Shown: positions 63,450-64,000 of the stretch, piece after piece
How the letters are laid out: every line of letters starts with the position of its first letter
Numbering within the stretch: the stretch's first letter is position 1
Origin: Macrostomum lignano
Lineage: Eukaryota
Assembly (NCBI GenBank): GCA_002269645.1
Contig: NIVC01003724.1
Coordinates: forward strand, 16,533 to 80,532
DNA: 64,000 nt
Direction: 5' to 3'
The notes under the pieces: model-generated
Seen by the model: only the letters and a program-made list of their open reading frames with translations
What the model was told of the DNA's origin: nothing
The model's database searches: none
Translations under genes and position numbers: made by a program

Positions 63450-63830
63450 AGATTTGTCAATGACTTGAAATAGGTCAAATGGTTCTTTAATCTAATTCTG
63501 CAATAGCTTGGAATTGACAATAGACTCAAGAGTTTTAAGTGAAAGATAGATACAATATAGCAAAACTTTAAAGTAGATAAGCTCACATCTTGGCCTTGAT
63601 ACCCTTAATCATAGGTTGTCTCTACAGTAGACTAGCTATGCACTGGCTGAGGTCACATTGAAGAGCTTGTCAAGTTCTAATAGGTTTTTATTTAGAAGTC
63701 CAAATAACTTTAATGCATATACAACAGTCATATCTATATGATATAATTAACTATGAAACCTAATAATGAATGGAGAGCATATCTTGCATCTTTAGCCAAT
63801 GCCATTATAGGCATAACTTAAGCAATTGCA
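63450..63830 (-). mobile_element. Hypermutated CR1/L2-like ORF2 C-terminal relic
   Basis: Reads *RCKICSPF...*LYHIDMTVVY.LKLFGLL...LF...RDNL*LRVSRPRCEL, resembling the CR1/L2 YEER..L.SL..RR..D...Y / RGH.L.L.....R pattern. Confidence 0.5.
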
Positions 63831-64000
63831 ATGGTAACTTAAGTTTGGGCACAAGTTGAGTAAGTCCCAAATTAGGTTAGCTTATCAAGATAATGCTAAA
63901 AGATATACCAAATTGCTATATTTATCAATAATGCTATCAAATGGTAATCAAATGATAATTTTTAAAGATAGGCCTATGCCTATATAGAAATTGGATATAT

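Overview
This is eukaryotic (animal) genomic DNA. GC-rich polyQ/polyA-rich exons, GT-AG introns stuffed with minisatellites and orphan splice acceptors just before start codons suggest a Macrostomum-like flatworm (inference only). Seven coding loci are supported: a multi-exon orphan 7-TM gene (minus, about 1.6-14.2 kb), an intronless rhodopsin-class GPCR (17.7-19.0 kb), ataxin-2 (32.5-36.2 kb), a 253-aa orphan (39.2-39.9 kb), Pellino (46.3-50.5 kb), a single-pass membrane protein (54.0-56.9 kb) and an acidic/basic repeat protein (58.2-59.1 kb). An eighth is a protamine-like RSASRSTGRK-repeat protein (61.6-62.1 kb). There are also four non-LTR retrotransposon relics, a tRNA-derived SINE, several MITEs with readable TSDs and about 20 minisatellites. 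Most long ORFs in the supplied track are repeat artefacts. The most unusual signal is a set of sharply bounded CpG-void, TpA-rich domains (about 22.2-32.3, 42.5-46.2 and 63.4-64 kb). In one, an RTE-type reverse transcriptase relic can be read against conserved motifs and repeatedly shows CG->TA double transitions and TGG->TAG. That looks like fungal RIP-type CpA hypermutation rather than plain CpG decay. Degenerate retroelements outside these domains keep their CpGs. All motif comparisons were made by eye; no searches or counts were run.
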